A stretch of 64,000 nt of DNA from Gemmatimonadota bacterium (GTDB lineage Bacteria > Gemmatimonadota > Gemmatimonadetes > Longimicrobiales > Gaopeijiaceae): the NCBI GenBank assembly GCA_022822425.1, contig JAJEBS010000004.1:5501-69500 (forward strand), read 5' to 3'. The notes under the pieces are model-generated. The model was given only the letters and a program-made list of their open reading frames with translations. It was not told the origin of the DNA and searched no databases. The position numbers and the translations under genes were made by a program. This document shows, piece after piece, positions 17,785 to 26,627 of this stretch; the stretch's first letter is position 1, and every line of letters begins with the position of its first letter.

Positions 17785-18849
17785 TCAGCCTCCCCGCCCA
17801 TCGAAGAAGAGCCTTCCGTGCACGTCCATGTCGCTGTAGACGAATTCGTGGAGGCTGTCCTCGGAGGGGAGCGGCGAGCGGTCCGCGAAGTCGGCGGCGT
17901 CATCGACCAGCTCGCGGACTTCCTCGTCCATGCGCTCAAGGCTCTCCCGCGTAAGGTGCCCGCTCCGGATCAGCAGGTCGCGCACATGGGCGATGGGGTC
18001 GTCCTCGCGGACCCGCGACTCGACCTCCTCCTTGCTTCGATAGGTGCCCGATACCGGATCGGACATCGAATGGCCCTTGAAGCGATACGTCTCGGCGTCC
18101 ACGAACTGGGGTCCCGCGCCGTCGCGCACGCGTTCCAGCAGGTCTTCCATCAGTCGCCAGACGGCGAGCACGTCCTGGCCGTCCACGTAGTGCGCGGGAA
18201 TCCCGTGCGCCCGCGGTTTCTCGACCATGGGGGTCGTGGTCACGCGGTTGAAGGCCGTCCCCATGCCGTACCCGTTGTTCTCGACGACGTAGATGACCGG
18301 CAGCTTCCAGATGGCCGCCATGTTGAGCGACTCGTGGAACGAGCCCTGGTTGACGGCCGCGTCGCCCAGGAAGCAGACGCAGACGCGGTCTTCGCCGCGG
18401 TAGCGGATCGCCCAGCCCAACCCGGTCGCCAGCGGGATCTGGCCCCCGACGATGCCCCATCCACCCATGAAGTTGTGCTTCGCGGAGAAGAGGTGCATCG
18501 AGCCGCCCTTGCCGCCGGAACAGCCGCCCGCCCGGCCGTACAACTCGGCCATCGCCGCGCGCGCCGAGATGCCCTTGGCGAGCGCCAGGGTGTGTTCCCG
18601 GTAGGCCGAGAGGGCATAGTCCTCGGTGCGAAGCGGTCCGATGAAGCCCAGCGCAACCGCTTCCTGCCCGGTATGCAGGTGGCAGAAGCCGCCGATCTTG
18701 CCGATCGCGTAGGCCTCTTCCGCCTTCTGCTCGAACCGCCGGTATACGAGCATCTCGCGCAGGAAGCGAAGCACCTGTTCGGCGGGAAAGCCCTCAATGA
18801 CGGGTGGAGCGGCGGACCTGGATACGTCCCGAACGGCGCTGTCAGGCAT
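17785..18849 (-). CDS. pdhA: pyruvate dehydrogenase E1 alpha subunit
   Basis: [27 protein letters not shown], and the TPP motif [37 protein letters not shown]. The ATG at 18849 is preceded by GGGAGGTGG. Confidence 0.9.
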   Translation of the reverse strand: MPDSAVRDVSRSAAPPVIEGFPAEQVLRFLREMLVYRRFEQKAEEAYAIGKIGGFCHLHTGQEAVALGFIGPLRTEDYALSAYREHTLALAKGISARAAMAELYGRAGGCSGGKGGSMHLFSAKHNFMGGWGIVGGQIPLATGLGWAIRYRGEDRVCVCFLGDAAVNQGSFHESLNMAAIWKLPVIYVVENNGYGMGTAFNRVTTTPMVEKPRAHGIPAHYVDGQDVLAVWRLMEDLLERVRDGAGPQFVDAETYRFKGHSMSDPVSGTYRSKEEVESRVREDDPIAHVRDLLIRSGHLTRESLERMDEEVRELVDDAADFADRSPLPSEDSLHEFVYSDMDVHGRLFFDGRGG

Positions 18850-20089
18850 TTGCCACCTCCCTTCCGTCCCTTCCTTCGCGCCCGGAGCGCCTCGGCTCGA
18901 TCTGGACCAGCCCGAGCCCGGGCACCTCTGCCGGCGCGGACAGATCGGTCTCCAGCACGTGCCGAATCGAACCCGCCGCGCCCGCCGATACCTGGCGCGC
19001 CTGATCCCTGGCATGATAGCTGGAGCGGACCAGCGGACCGGACTCCACGTGCCGGAAGCCGAATTCCTCCTCGCCGATCCGCTTCCAGTCGTCGAATTCC
19101 GCGGGGGTCACCCAGCGGGCAACGGGAATGTGCTGAAGCGACGGACGAAGATACTGGCCCAGGGTGAGAATATCGACACCGGCCTCGCGAAGATCGCTCA
19201 TCGCCTGCCGGATCTCGGGTGCGCGCTCCCCCATCCCCAGGATGATGCCCGTCTTGGTCAGGATGCGCGACTCGAGGCGCTTGGAGGCTCCGAGAAAGGA
19301 GATCGAGCGCCAGTAGCGCCCTCCCGGGCGCACCTCGGGGTGGAGTCGCTCGACGGTCTCCAGGTTGTGGCCGAGAATCGCCGGGCGGGCGGCCAGCACC
19401 GTCGCCAGGGCGTCTTCGTCTCCCTTGAAGTCGGGGATCAGCACCTCGACCGAGCAGGCGGGCAGCCGGTCGTTGATGCGGCGAACGGTCTCTGCATAGA
19501 TCGCGGCGCCGCCGTCCGGCAGTTCGTCGCGATTCACGCTGGTGATCACGACGTGCTCGAGGTCCATTGCGGCCACGGTATCCGCGACACGCCGGGGTTC
19601 GTCCCGGTCCAGCACGGTCGGCAGCCCGTGCGCGACAGCACAGTACTTGCATGCGCGCGTGCAAACGTCACCGAGGATCATGAAGGTGGCCGTGCCGGAC
19701 TCCCAGCACTCGCCGATGTTGGGGCAGCCCGCCTCCTCGCACACGGTATGAAGCGCCCGGCGGCGCATGAGGCGCTTCAGCCGCAGGTAATTGGGGCCCC
19801 CGGGAGAACGCACCTTGAGCCAGGACGGCTTGCGGTCGCTCGGGGATATCGTAGCGAGACCCTCGTGCGCAGGGATGCGGGAAGTTCCCTTGGGCTTGAC
19901 GGTGCCCGTATCCTTCCGCGCCGGCGCGTATCCTGTCCAGGCTTTGAGGGGCTGGCTCAACCTCGAGTCCTCCGTCGCTCGTTCCCTTGAGCCGGACCCG
20001 GATCGGCCCCCCGGGGATCGCAATTCTGGCTGGTCAGGGTCCGCTGGCAACGCGGGCCCGCGAAGGGTCTCCATCCCGGGTTCGGGCAC
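18842..20089 (-). CDS. lipA: lipoyl synthase with N-terminal extension
   Basis: KPSWLKVRSPGGPNYLRLKRLMRRRALHTVCEEAGCPNIGECW and radical-SAM CTRACKYCAV. The stop overlaps the pdhA start by 8 nt. The start is uncertain (ATG 20089 or 20074); no start codon was found closer to the conserved core. Confidence 0.85.
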   Translation of the reverse strand: MPEPGMETLRGPALPADPDQPELRSPGGRSGSGSRERATEDSRLSQPLKAWTGYAPARKDTGTVKPKGTSRIPAHEGLATISPSDRKPSWLKVRSPGGPNYLRLKRLMRRRALHTVCEEAGCPNIGECWESGTATFMILGDVCTRACKYCAVAHGLPTVLDRDEPRRVADTVAAMDLEHVVITSVNRDELPDGGAAIYAETVRRINDRLPACSVEVLIPDFKGDEDALATVLAARPAILGHNLETVERLHPEVRPGGRYWRSISFLGASKRLESRILTKTGIILGMGERAPEIRQAMSDLREAGVDILTLGQYLRPSLQHIPVARWVTPAEFDDWKRIGEEEFGFRHVESGPLVRSSYHARDQARQVSAGAAGSIRHVLETDLSAPAEVPGLGLVQIEPRRSGREGRDGREVANA

Positions 20090-20119
20090 GGTTTTGCGCG
20101 TCCCGGTGCGTAGCTTGGA

Positions 20120-20149
20120 ATGATAAAACCCCGACGCTTTCTACGGCAA
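20120..20149 (-). promoter_or_regulatory. candidate sigma-70 promoter of the lipA-pdh operon
   Basis: Minus strand TTGCCG-N18-TATCAT within the only AT-rich patch upstream of lipA. Confidence 0.35.
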
Positions 20150-20219
20150 CGGAGCGCGTCTGCGCGGGACATGCTCCGGCACCCCGTCGACGAACTCCTC
20201 CCGGGCATTCCGTCGGCTG

Positions 20220-21395
20220 TCAGAAGCCGAAGCCCCGCAGCGCCCCCGCAATGCCCATCCCCGCGTACGTGCCCAGCGCGTAGCCGAGCAGGCCCACCAG
20301 AATGCCCGGCAGAATGAGCGATCGCCATCCCCCGGCCACCGCTACCGCCAGTGCGCTCCCCGGTCCTCCCACGGATGCCTGGGAAGCCACGCACAGCGTG
20401 CCGATGTCGACGCGCAGGAAACGGCCCGCCAGGAAGACCAGCACTCCGTGGACGGCGACGACGAAGAGCGCGTAGAAGAGCACCTGGACGCCCACCGCGA
20501 GCACTTCCGCGATCCGGGAATAGATGCCGATCACCACAAAGAAGAACAGCAGCGCCAGGTTGCCGAGCTGGAGCGCGCCCCGTTTCGCCCTGGATGGCAT
20601 GACGTGGCCCGCGACAAGGGCGAGGGTGGTGAGCCAGAGCACCGGATTGATGCCGGAAATGGCGGCCGCGAAGGCCCGGGACGCGATCACGATCGCGAAT
20701 CCTGCCGCGACCAGGATGGCCAGCCGGTGGGTGGAAACCGACGCACCGGCGAAGAGGGGGTGTGCGGATTCGTCATCGCCGGCGCTCGAGTCCCGGGCGG
20801 GATGGTCTGCAGGCGAACCCGGCGGGATCGTTTCCGATGAAGCCGGTGCCGGGTAATACCGCCCGATCCATCGGGGCAGCACCACGCACGCGGCCAGCCA
20901 GAGACCGGTGACGACGTTGTCCGCGGCGGTGGCGCCTACGAAGAGGGCATCGGACATGTCGACTGCGCGGCTTACCGCCGTGAAGTTCAGTGATCCGCCC
21001 GAATACGTTCCCGTGAGCGCTCCCGCCAGCTTCCACGTCTCCTCGCCGATCGCGCCTCCGAACAGGAACGCCCCCGCAAACGACCCGAGGGCCGTGCCCG
21101 CCACCGCGATGCCGAACGCGATCAGCATGGTCCCGCCGGCCTTCCGCAGATCGGCCAGGTTGACCGCCAGGAGCAGCCACACGATGGCCAGATCGGTTAC
21201 GGTGCCGGTGATGGCCTGGTAGATGGGCGAAGCCGGAGGTACGAGCCCCACGTTGGAGAGAACCCCGCCAATGGCGATGGCGAGCAGGGTGGCTCCCAGC
21301 TTCCAGAGCCCCGGCACCCGGCGACGCTCCAGCCAGAGCGCCAGCACCACGACGCCCGCAATGGTGGCGACGAGCGCAAGAGGGGACTCGATCAC
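20220..21395 (-). CDS. polytopic integral membrane protein (DUF819-like)
   Basis: About 10-12 hydrophobic helices in two halves separated by a polar loop (SSETIPPGSPADHPARDSSAGDDESAHP). The family call comes from overall architecture only. Confidence 0.5.
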   Translation of the reverse strand: MIESPLALVATIAGVVVLALWLERRRVPGLWKLGATLLAIAIGGVLSNVGLVPPASPIYQAITGTVTDLAIVWLLLAVNLADLRKAGGTMLIAFGIAVAGTALGSFAGAFLFGGAIGEETWKLAGALTGTYSGGSLNFTAVSRAVDMSDALFVGATAADNVVTGLWLAACVVLPRWIGRYYPAPASSETIPPGSPADHPARDSSAGDDESAHPLFAGASVSTHRLAILVAAGFAIVIASRAFAAAISGINPVLWLTTLALVAGHVMPSRAKRGALQLGNLALLFFFVVIGIYSRIAEVLAVGVQVLFYALFVVAVHGVLVFLAGRFLRVDIGTLCVASQASVGGPGSALAVAVAGGWRSLILPGILVGLLGYALGTYAGMGIAGALRGFGF

Positions 21396-21446
21396 GAGGG
21401 GTCGACGCCACTGGCCGGCCGCGGTGCCGGCCGACGTCCTCCGGTG

Positions 21447-22205
21447 CTATCCACCGGCCCGAGCCTCTGCCGCCGCCCTCATCTCCGCGAGCGGGATGGC
21501 GTGCATGGAGTATTCCTCGAGCCCGCGCGCCTGCTCGCTTTCCCATGCCTCCATGAATCGAGCGTAGTAGGCGTCGGCTCCGTCATCATCGCCGAGCTCC
21601 GAGGCCGCCCGTGCCGCCGCGCCCAGAAGGAGCAGGTGGTTGGGCGCGTCGGCCAGCGCCCCCTCGGCTGCTTCCCGGGCCATCTGGTAGTCGCCGCCCA
21701 GAGCATGCAGCAGGGACACGTGGTAGTGGCCGTCCTCATCCAGAGGCAACACCAGGTCGTAGGCGTCAAGTGCCATCGGCAGAAACGCCAGCGCCTCGGC
21801 CGTGTCCCCGGCGGACGCGGCCCGCATGATTCGATCGTAGAGCCGATCGGCCGCCTCTCGGGGCGTCATGGAGCCAAGATCCGGCGGTGTCCCCGCGGTC
21901 GGGTTCAGGCCCGCCGCGGGCGGGAGGGGCGGAGCCCCCTGCGGCTCATCCCGCGCCAGCGCCCAGTACCCGGCGCCGACGATCAGCACGCCGGCGAACA
22001 CGCCGGCGGCCCACAACACCCTCCTGCCGCCCGCGCCCGCGGCTGTCGGCCGGCGGCGCCGGAGGGGTGTGCCGCAGAAGATGCAGAATGACGCTCCCAC
22101 CTGGGCCGCTTCACCGCAGGAGGGGCATTCCGGCTTTCGGATCGCCGCGCCGCATTCCGCGCAGAACCTGCCGGCGGCATCCAAGCCGCATTGTGGGCAT
22201 TTCAT
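21447..22205 (-). CDS. zinc-ribbon, single TM, TPR-like domain protein
   Basis: MKCPQCGLDAAGRFCAECGAAIRKPECPSCGEAAQVGASFCIFCG (double zinc ribbon), then a hydrophobic helix and a helical-repeat C-terminus. ATG at 22205. Confidence 0.6.
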   Translation of the reverse strand: MKCPQCGLDAAGRFCAECGAAIRKPECPSCGEAAQVGASFCIFCGTPLRRRRPTAAGAGGRRVLWAAGVFAGVLIVGAGYWALARDEPQGAPPLPPAAGLNPTAGTPPDLGSMTPREAADRLYDRIMRAASAGDTAEALAFLPMALDAYDLVLPLDEDGHYHVSLLHALGGDYQMAREAAEGALADAPNHLLLLGAAARAASELGDDDGADAYYARFMEAWESEQARGLEEYSMHAIPLAEMRAAAEARAGG

Positions 22206-22302
22206 GATGCGCCCCGTTTCTCCGTCATCGGTTTGTCGGCTCCTGGTCCAGGGTGACTCGCGGGCTCGCCTCCGCAAGCGCAGAACGGCTTGAGACGGTT
22301 GT

Positions 22303-23055
22303 CTAAAAGCCTGTCGGGAAGTCGAGAAACTCCCAGGGGATGCCGAAGCGTGCCTCCAGGTGGGCGGCGAGCGCGCGCACCCCGAGGGTCTCGGTGGCGT
22401 AGTGGCCGGCGTAGTACACGTTTATCCCGCACTCCATCGCGTCGAAGTACGTATGATGCGCGCCTTCCCCCGTGACGAGGGCATCGGCGCCCGATGCGGC
22501 CGCTTCGGCGATCATGGACCCGCCCGCGCCCGTCACGACCGCGACCCGGTGTATTCGGTCATACCCTCCATCTATAAGTCGGACTGGGACTTGCAATGTC
22601 TCGGCCAACCGATCCCGGAGGGATTGACGTGTCTCGGAGGTCGCCCCGATCCAGCCCACCTCGACGCCCTGGAAGGAGCCGAATCCCGTCTCGACTTCGA
22701 TGTTCAGAGCGCGCGCCAGCAACGCGCAGTTGCCGACCTCGGGATGTGCGTCGAGCGGCAGATGAACCGAGTAGAGACCCACCCCGTTACGGAGCAGGGC
22801 GGACAGTTTTCGGAAGCGTCTGCCGGTAACGGGAACCGCCCCATCCCAGAAGAGGCCATGGTGAACGAGCAGGAGGTCGCTTCCGCGCGCGGCGGCGGCG
22901 TTGATGGCTGCTTCGCTGGCATCCACCGCGGCACAGATGCTGCGCACTTCGGCCGCCCCTTCGACCTGAAGGCCGTTGTAGGCGTTGGGATAATCGGGGA
23001 AGCCCGGCACCCGCAGGTAGCCGTCGACATACTCCACAAGCGATTCCAGCTTCAT
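22303..23055 (-). CDS. Nif3-like dinuclear metal centre protein (YbgI/GTP cyclohydrolase 1 type 2 family)
   Basis: NGLQVEG...ICAAVDASEAAINAAAARGSDLLLVHHGLFW...LYSVHLPLDAHPEVGN...YAGHYATE. The start could be further upstream (to 23115). Confidence 0.8.
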   Translation of the reverse strand: MKLESLVEYVDGYLRVPGFPDYPNAYNGLQVEGAAEVRSICAAVDASEAAINAAAARGSDLLLVHHGLFWDGAVPVTGRRFRKLSALLRNGVGLYSVHLPLDAHPEVGNCALLARALNIEVETGFGSFQGVEVGWIGATSETRQSLRDRLAETLQVPVRLIDGGYDRIHRVAVVTGAGGSMIAEAAASGADALVTGEGAHHTYFDAMECGINVYYAGHYATETLGVRALAAHLEARFGIPWEFLDFPTGF

Positions 23056-23124
23056 GCCCCCGGTCCTCTTCTTCATGGCTTCGTGCACACGAATGCCCCG
23101 TGACGAAGGGTGCAATCCGCCCGG

Positions 23125-23258
23125 TTTTCCACAGTTCCGTGGAAGAACGGCAGTGGCGTGAATACCGGACTCCGTGTGGAAGGTGACCGCCCTCCATAAG
23201 AGGCGGTGTTATAATGACTTAAGAGGTTTTCCACGTCGGCGGACGGAAGGTGGATAAC
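23125..23258. promoter_or_regulatory. cluster of DnaA-box-like 9-mers with an AT-rich patch
   Basis: TTTTCCACA (23125-33), CGTGGAAGA (23138-46, forming an inverted repeat with the first), TGTGGAAGG (23175-83), TTTTCCACG (23227-35), GTGGATAAC (23250-58, reverse complement GTTATCCAC). AT-rich ggtgttataatgacttaagagg at 23205-23226. Hairpin ccgccctc-cataa-gaggcgg at about 23187-23208. Confidence 0.4.
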
Positions 23259-23318
23259 GCTGCGGTGCGCGGTGAAATCTGCAGGCCACCGGAGCCCATG
23301 GCATCCCAACCTTGTTGG

Positions 23319-23705
23319 TTATTGCCGGGGAGCGGGTGGTTTGGCGCCGCGGCTCCCCATCTTGACGGTGCCGTTGACGGTGGCGCCCTCTTCGAGCACG
23401 ATCCGGCGGGTGTCGATATCACCGTCGACGTCACAGGACGATTGGAGCTCCAGCCGGGAACCGATCTTCAGGGTCCCCTTGAGTCTTCCCGAGATTACTG
23501 CGTCCTGGGTGGAGATGTCACCGACGACCGTGCCGTTCTTTCCGACCACAACGGCTTTTCCTGCCTCCACTCCCCCCTCGATCCTGCCTTCGATGCGAAT
23601 GGTCCCCTCGGTCTTGCAGTTGCCGACTACGGTCATCCCGGGTCCGATGATCGAAATCGTGTTGTCTGGTGGCGCGGGGGGCGACGTCGGGCGCTGTTTG
23701 CTCAT
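23319..23705 (-). CDS. bactofilin (polymer-forming cytoskeletal protein)
   Basis: Beta-helical repeat pattern IIGPGMTVVGNCKTEGTIRIEGRIEGGVEAGKAVVVGKNGTVVGDISTQDAVISGRLKGTLKIGSRLELQSSCDVDGDIDTRRIVLEEGATVNGTV. Confidence 0.85.
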   Translation of the reverse strand: MSKQRPTSPPAPPDNTISIIGPGMTVVGNCKTEGTIRIEGRIEGGVEAGKAVVVGKNGTVVGDISTQDAVISGRLKGTLKIGSRLELQSSCDVDGDIDTRRIVLEEGATVNGTVKMGSRGAKPPAPRQ

Positions 23706-23769
23706 CCTGGCATTTCCCCTGGTGAAAGTTGAGTGGAATCATGGAAAGCGCGGAGGCCCGGCAAACCCC

Positions 23770-24558
23770 TCAAGGCTGCACAAGGATCGTCAACGGATCG
23801 ACAGGTTCGTTGTTTCGAAGGACTTCGAAGTGAAGGTGCGGCGCCGTCGACCTGCCCGTTGATCCACTCAATGCAATGACCTCGTTCTGGCGCACCATGT
23901 CTCCCATTTCCACAAACGTCATGGAAGCATGGGCATATAAGCTGGTGTATCCGTCACCGTGGTCAAGGCGCACAAACCGCCCGTAGAGCGGATCTTCTCC
24001 CGCCTCCGCTACCACGGCTCCGCCCGCAGCGCGGATGTAGGAGCCCGTGGGAACAGCGATGTCCAGGCCTGGATGTTCCCCTACCATGCCTTCGATCAAG
24101 GCCTGGGTTACGAAGCCTCTTTCCGTGAGTGGCCAGCTGGTGGGCGTGGTCTCGTCGGCGAGCAACCGACCGGAGCCTGCTTCGTTACCTACCGGCGGAA
24201 GCCACAGGTCCGGTCGCGCGTTCGGGCGGGCTCCAAAGAGGTCGGCGATCCGCCGGTAGCGGGCTTCCACCGTGTCGATATGGGTACCCAGCGCCCGAAT
24301 CCCTTCCGCCTGAGCCGCGAGCGAGTCCGACAGGATGTCCACGCGATGCGCGGTCACCGCAACGCCCGCCACGTAGCCCGCCGAAACCAGTCCGACGAGG
24401 GCGAGCGCAGCCAGCACGGCGTGGGCAGCGGTCAACACATAATTTCGCGCATTCGGCGACCCATCGGCCAGGAGCACGACCGTCAGAGCGCGACGGCTTC
24501 CGGGCTTCCTATTCCAGAACATCCGCGGCCTCCCGACCCGACACCAGGGCAAAGACAC
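23770..24558 (-). CDS. M23-family metallopeptidase with N-terminal membrane anchor
   Basis: HPGLDIAVPTGSYIRAAGGAVV...GRFVRLDHGDGYTSLYAHAS...GSTGRSTAPHLHFEV. The start may be ATG 24522. Either start overlaps the parB stop. Confidence 0.85.
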   Translation of the reverse strand: MSLPWCRVGRPRMFWNRKPGSRRALTVVLLADGSPNARNYVLTAAHAVLAALALVGLVSAGYVAGVAVTAHRVDILSDSLAAQAEGIRALGTHIDTVEARYRRIADLFGARPNARPDLWLPPVGNEAGSGRLLADETTPTSWPLTERGFVTQALIEGMVGEHPGLDIAVPTGSYIRAAGGAVVAEAGEDPLYGRFVRLDHGDGYTSLYAHASMTFVEMGDMVRQNEVIALSGSTGRSTAPHLHFEVLRNNEPVDPLTILVQP

Positions 24559-25429
24559 GTTCGAGATCCCGATCGTCGTGAAAGGGGATCTCGATGCGCC
24601 CCTTGCTCCCTCGCTGCCGTCGAACTACGACTCGTGTCCCGAGCGCGGCGCACAACTCTTCCTGCAACGCGTGCAGCACCGGATCCGGTGCTGTCGACTG
24701 CCGCGCCCGGCGTTTTCGGCGGTCCGGTGCGTCCTCATCATTGCCAGGCGGACGCGTCGGGTTCGTGCGTACGGTCTCCTCCAGCTTGCGGACGGACCAA
24801 CCGCCTTCGACCACCATTCGAGCCAGCTCGGCGGCCCATTCCCGGTCGTCGACGGCGAGAAGCGCCCGCGCGTGTCCCGGCGTGAGCTTCTCCTCGCCGA
24901 GCAGCTGTCGGACCTCGGCAGGGAGCTTCAGAAGGCGGAGGATGTTGGTTACCGTGGCGCGGCTCTTCCCGACCGCCAGCGCAATGTCCTCCTGTGTGCG
25001 CTTGAATTTCTCCACAAGCACCTTGTAGCCCTCGGCTTCCTCCAGCGCGCCGAGATTGCGGCGCTGGAGGTTCTCTACAAGCGCCAGCACAAGCATGGTT
25101 TCGTCATCCACGTCGCGGACGATTGCCGGCACATCGTTCCAGCCGAGTCTCGTGACAGCTCGAAGTCGGCGCTCTCCCGCCACCAGCTCCCAATGTTCCG
25201 GTGCCGGCGTGGATCTGACGAGAACGGGCTGGAGCAGTCCGTTTGCGCTGATGGACGCCGCGAGTTCCCGGATTTCCTCTTCCTTGAACTCCCGACGGGG
25301 CTGGAAGGGGTTGGGACGCACGGAATCCAGGGGAAGGCGTGCGACTTCGCCTTCCACGGGCTGATCGAGATGATCCCCAAGCAGGGCGCCCAGGCCGCGC
25401 CCGAGTCGAGTGTTCGGAGCAACGCTCAT
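24509..25429 (-). CDS. parB: chromosome partitioning protein ParB
   Basis: RLGRGLGALL, NPFQPRREF, LAASISANGLLQPVLVR, ELVAGERRLRA, HTH region. ATGA overlap with the parA stop. The ORF's 5' extension to 25852 was trimmed. Confidence 0.9.
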   Translation of the reverse strand: MSVAPNTRLGRGLGALLGDHLDQPVEGEVARLPLDSVRPNPFQPRREFKEEEIRELAASISANGLLQPVLVRSTPAPEHWELVAGERRLRAVTRLGWNDVPAIVRDVDDETMLVLALVENLQRRNLGALEEAEGYKVLVEKFKRTQEDIALAVGKSRATVTNILRLLKLPAEVRQLLGEEKLTPGHARALLAVDDREWAAELARMVVEGGWSVRKLEETVRTNPTRPPGNDEDAPDRRKRRARQSTAPDPVLHALQEELCAALGTRVVVRRQRGSKGRIEIPFHDDRDLERVFALVSGREAADVLE

Positions 25430-26229
25430 GAAGCTGCGCGGGCTCTCGTCCCGGTGTTCCTGTGTTGCGTTCGCTGAATGACTTCCCTCGCCAGACGGAG
25501 GTAATAACGGGCTCCAGCCGAGAGAACATCGTATACGATGATGGGCTTGCCGAAGCTCGGCGCCTCGGCAAGCCGAACGTTCCTGGGAATCGCGTTCGTG
25601 AAGACCTTGTCCCCAAAGTACTCGCGCGCTTCCCGGGCGACCTGCTTCGAGAGGTTGAGCCGCTTGTCGAACATCGTCAGGAGCACTCCCTCGATCTCCA
25701 GGCCCGTGTTGAGCCCCCGTTGTACAATTCGCACCGTGTTGAGAAGCTGGCTGAGGCCTTCCAGCGCGTAGAACTCGCACTGAATCGGGATGAGTACGGA
25801 GTCGGCTGCTGTGAGGGTGTTGAGCGTCAGGAGTCCCAGCGACGGGGGACAATCCACGAGAATGTAGTCGTAGTCGTCGCGAATGGGCTCGAGTGCCGTG
25901 CGCAGAACGGATTCGCGGGCCTGCACGCCTACCAGCTCGATCTCGGCACCGGCCAGGTCGCGCGTGGTGCCGACCATGTCCAGGTAGGGGAAGTGAAGCT
26001 CACGAACCCTTGATTCCTCGATGGAGCTCCCCCCGATCATGACGTCGTACATGCCGGAGACCTGGTCATGGCCCCAGAGGCCCAATCCGCTGCTTGCATT
26101 AGCCTGTGGATCCATGTCGATGACCAGCGTGCGCTGCTCAGCCACCGCCAACGCAGCGCCCAGGTTGATCGCGGTTGTGGTCTTGCCTACGCCGCCCTTC
26201 TGGTTGGCGATGGTGATGACTCTGGACAT
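25426..26229 (-). CDS. parA: chromosome partitioning ATPase ParA/Soj
   Basis: MSRVITIANQKGGVGKTTTAINL deviant Walker A; DCPPSLG. Confidence 0.92.
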   Translation of the reverse strand: MSRVITIANQKGGVGKTTTAINLGAALAVAEQRTLVIDMDPQANASSGLGLWGHDQVSGMYDVMIGGSSIEESRVRELHFPYLDMVGTTRDLAGAEIELVGVQARESVLRTALEPIRDDYDYILVDCPPSLGLLTLNTLTAADSVLIPIQCEFYALEGLSQLLNTVRIVQRGLNTGLEIEGVLLTMFDKRLNLSKQVAREAREYFGDKVFTNAIPRNVRLAEAPSFGKPIIVYDVLSAGARYYLRLAREVIQRTQHRNTGTRARAAS

Positions 26230-26263
26230 GGCTAGCAGTGGTCAGCTCTTTCCGGGGCGAGGT

Positions 26264-26272
26264 TTTTCCACA
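26264..26272. promoter_or_regulatory. DnaA-box-like 9-mer TTTTCCACA upstream of parA
   Basis: Same 9-mer as in the dnaA promoter (33083-33091) and at 23125. It lies 35-43 nt upstream of the parA start. Confidence 0.35.
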
Positions 26273-26627
26273 ACACGGGCAGGATTCCCGGGTCGAACTC
26301 CGGATTCGGGGAAGAGTCGCACTGGAAAGCTAATCTGACCCCCGGTTTGCGGAAAAGGCGGATGCGCGTCGCCGGCATGGGGATTTGCGCCCGATTGCAG
26401 GTCATCCCGACATGGGCTTGCTGCCCGGCCCCGCCGCGAGGTCGGACAGCGCGCAGGTGGCAGCCCGCGGACAACTTCGCCCGGCATGCGAAGCGGCGAT
26501 GCCTCCGAATCCTGATCGCGTGCTCTACGATACCTCTGCCCAATAGCGCCGCGATTCCGCCTTCAAGCGTTCTTGCCAACCTGGCGCCTCGCCGCTCTCG
26601 GTGCGTGCGGATTGATCCACGAGACTG

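Noticed and set aside
26232-26579. ORF 26232..26579 (-, 115 aa) and neighbours as a possible degenerate rsmG
   Set aside because: No SAM-binding (GxGxG) or other RsmG motifs in any frame. The translation is Arg/Ala-rich shadow-like sequence.
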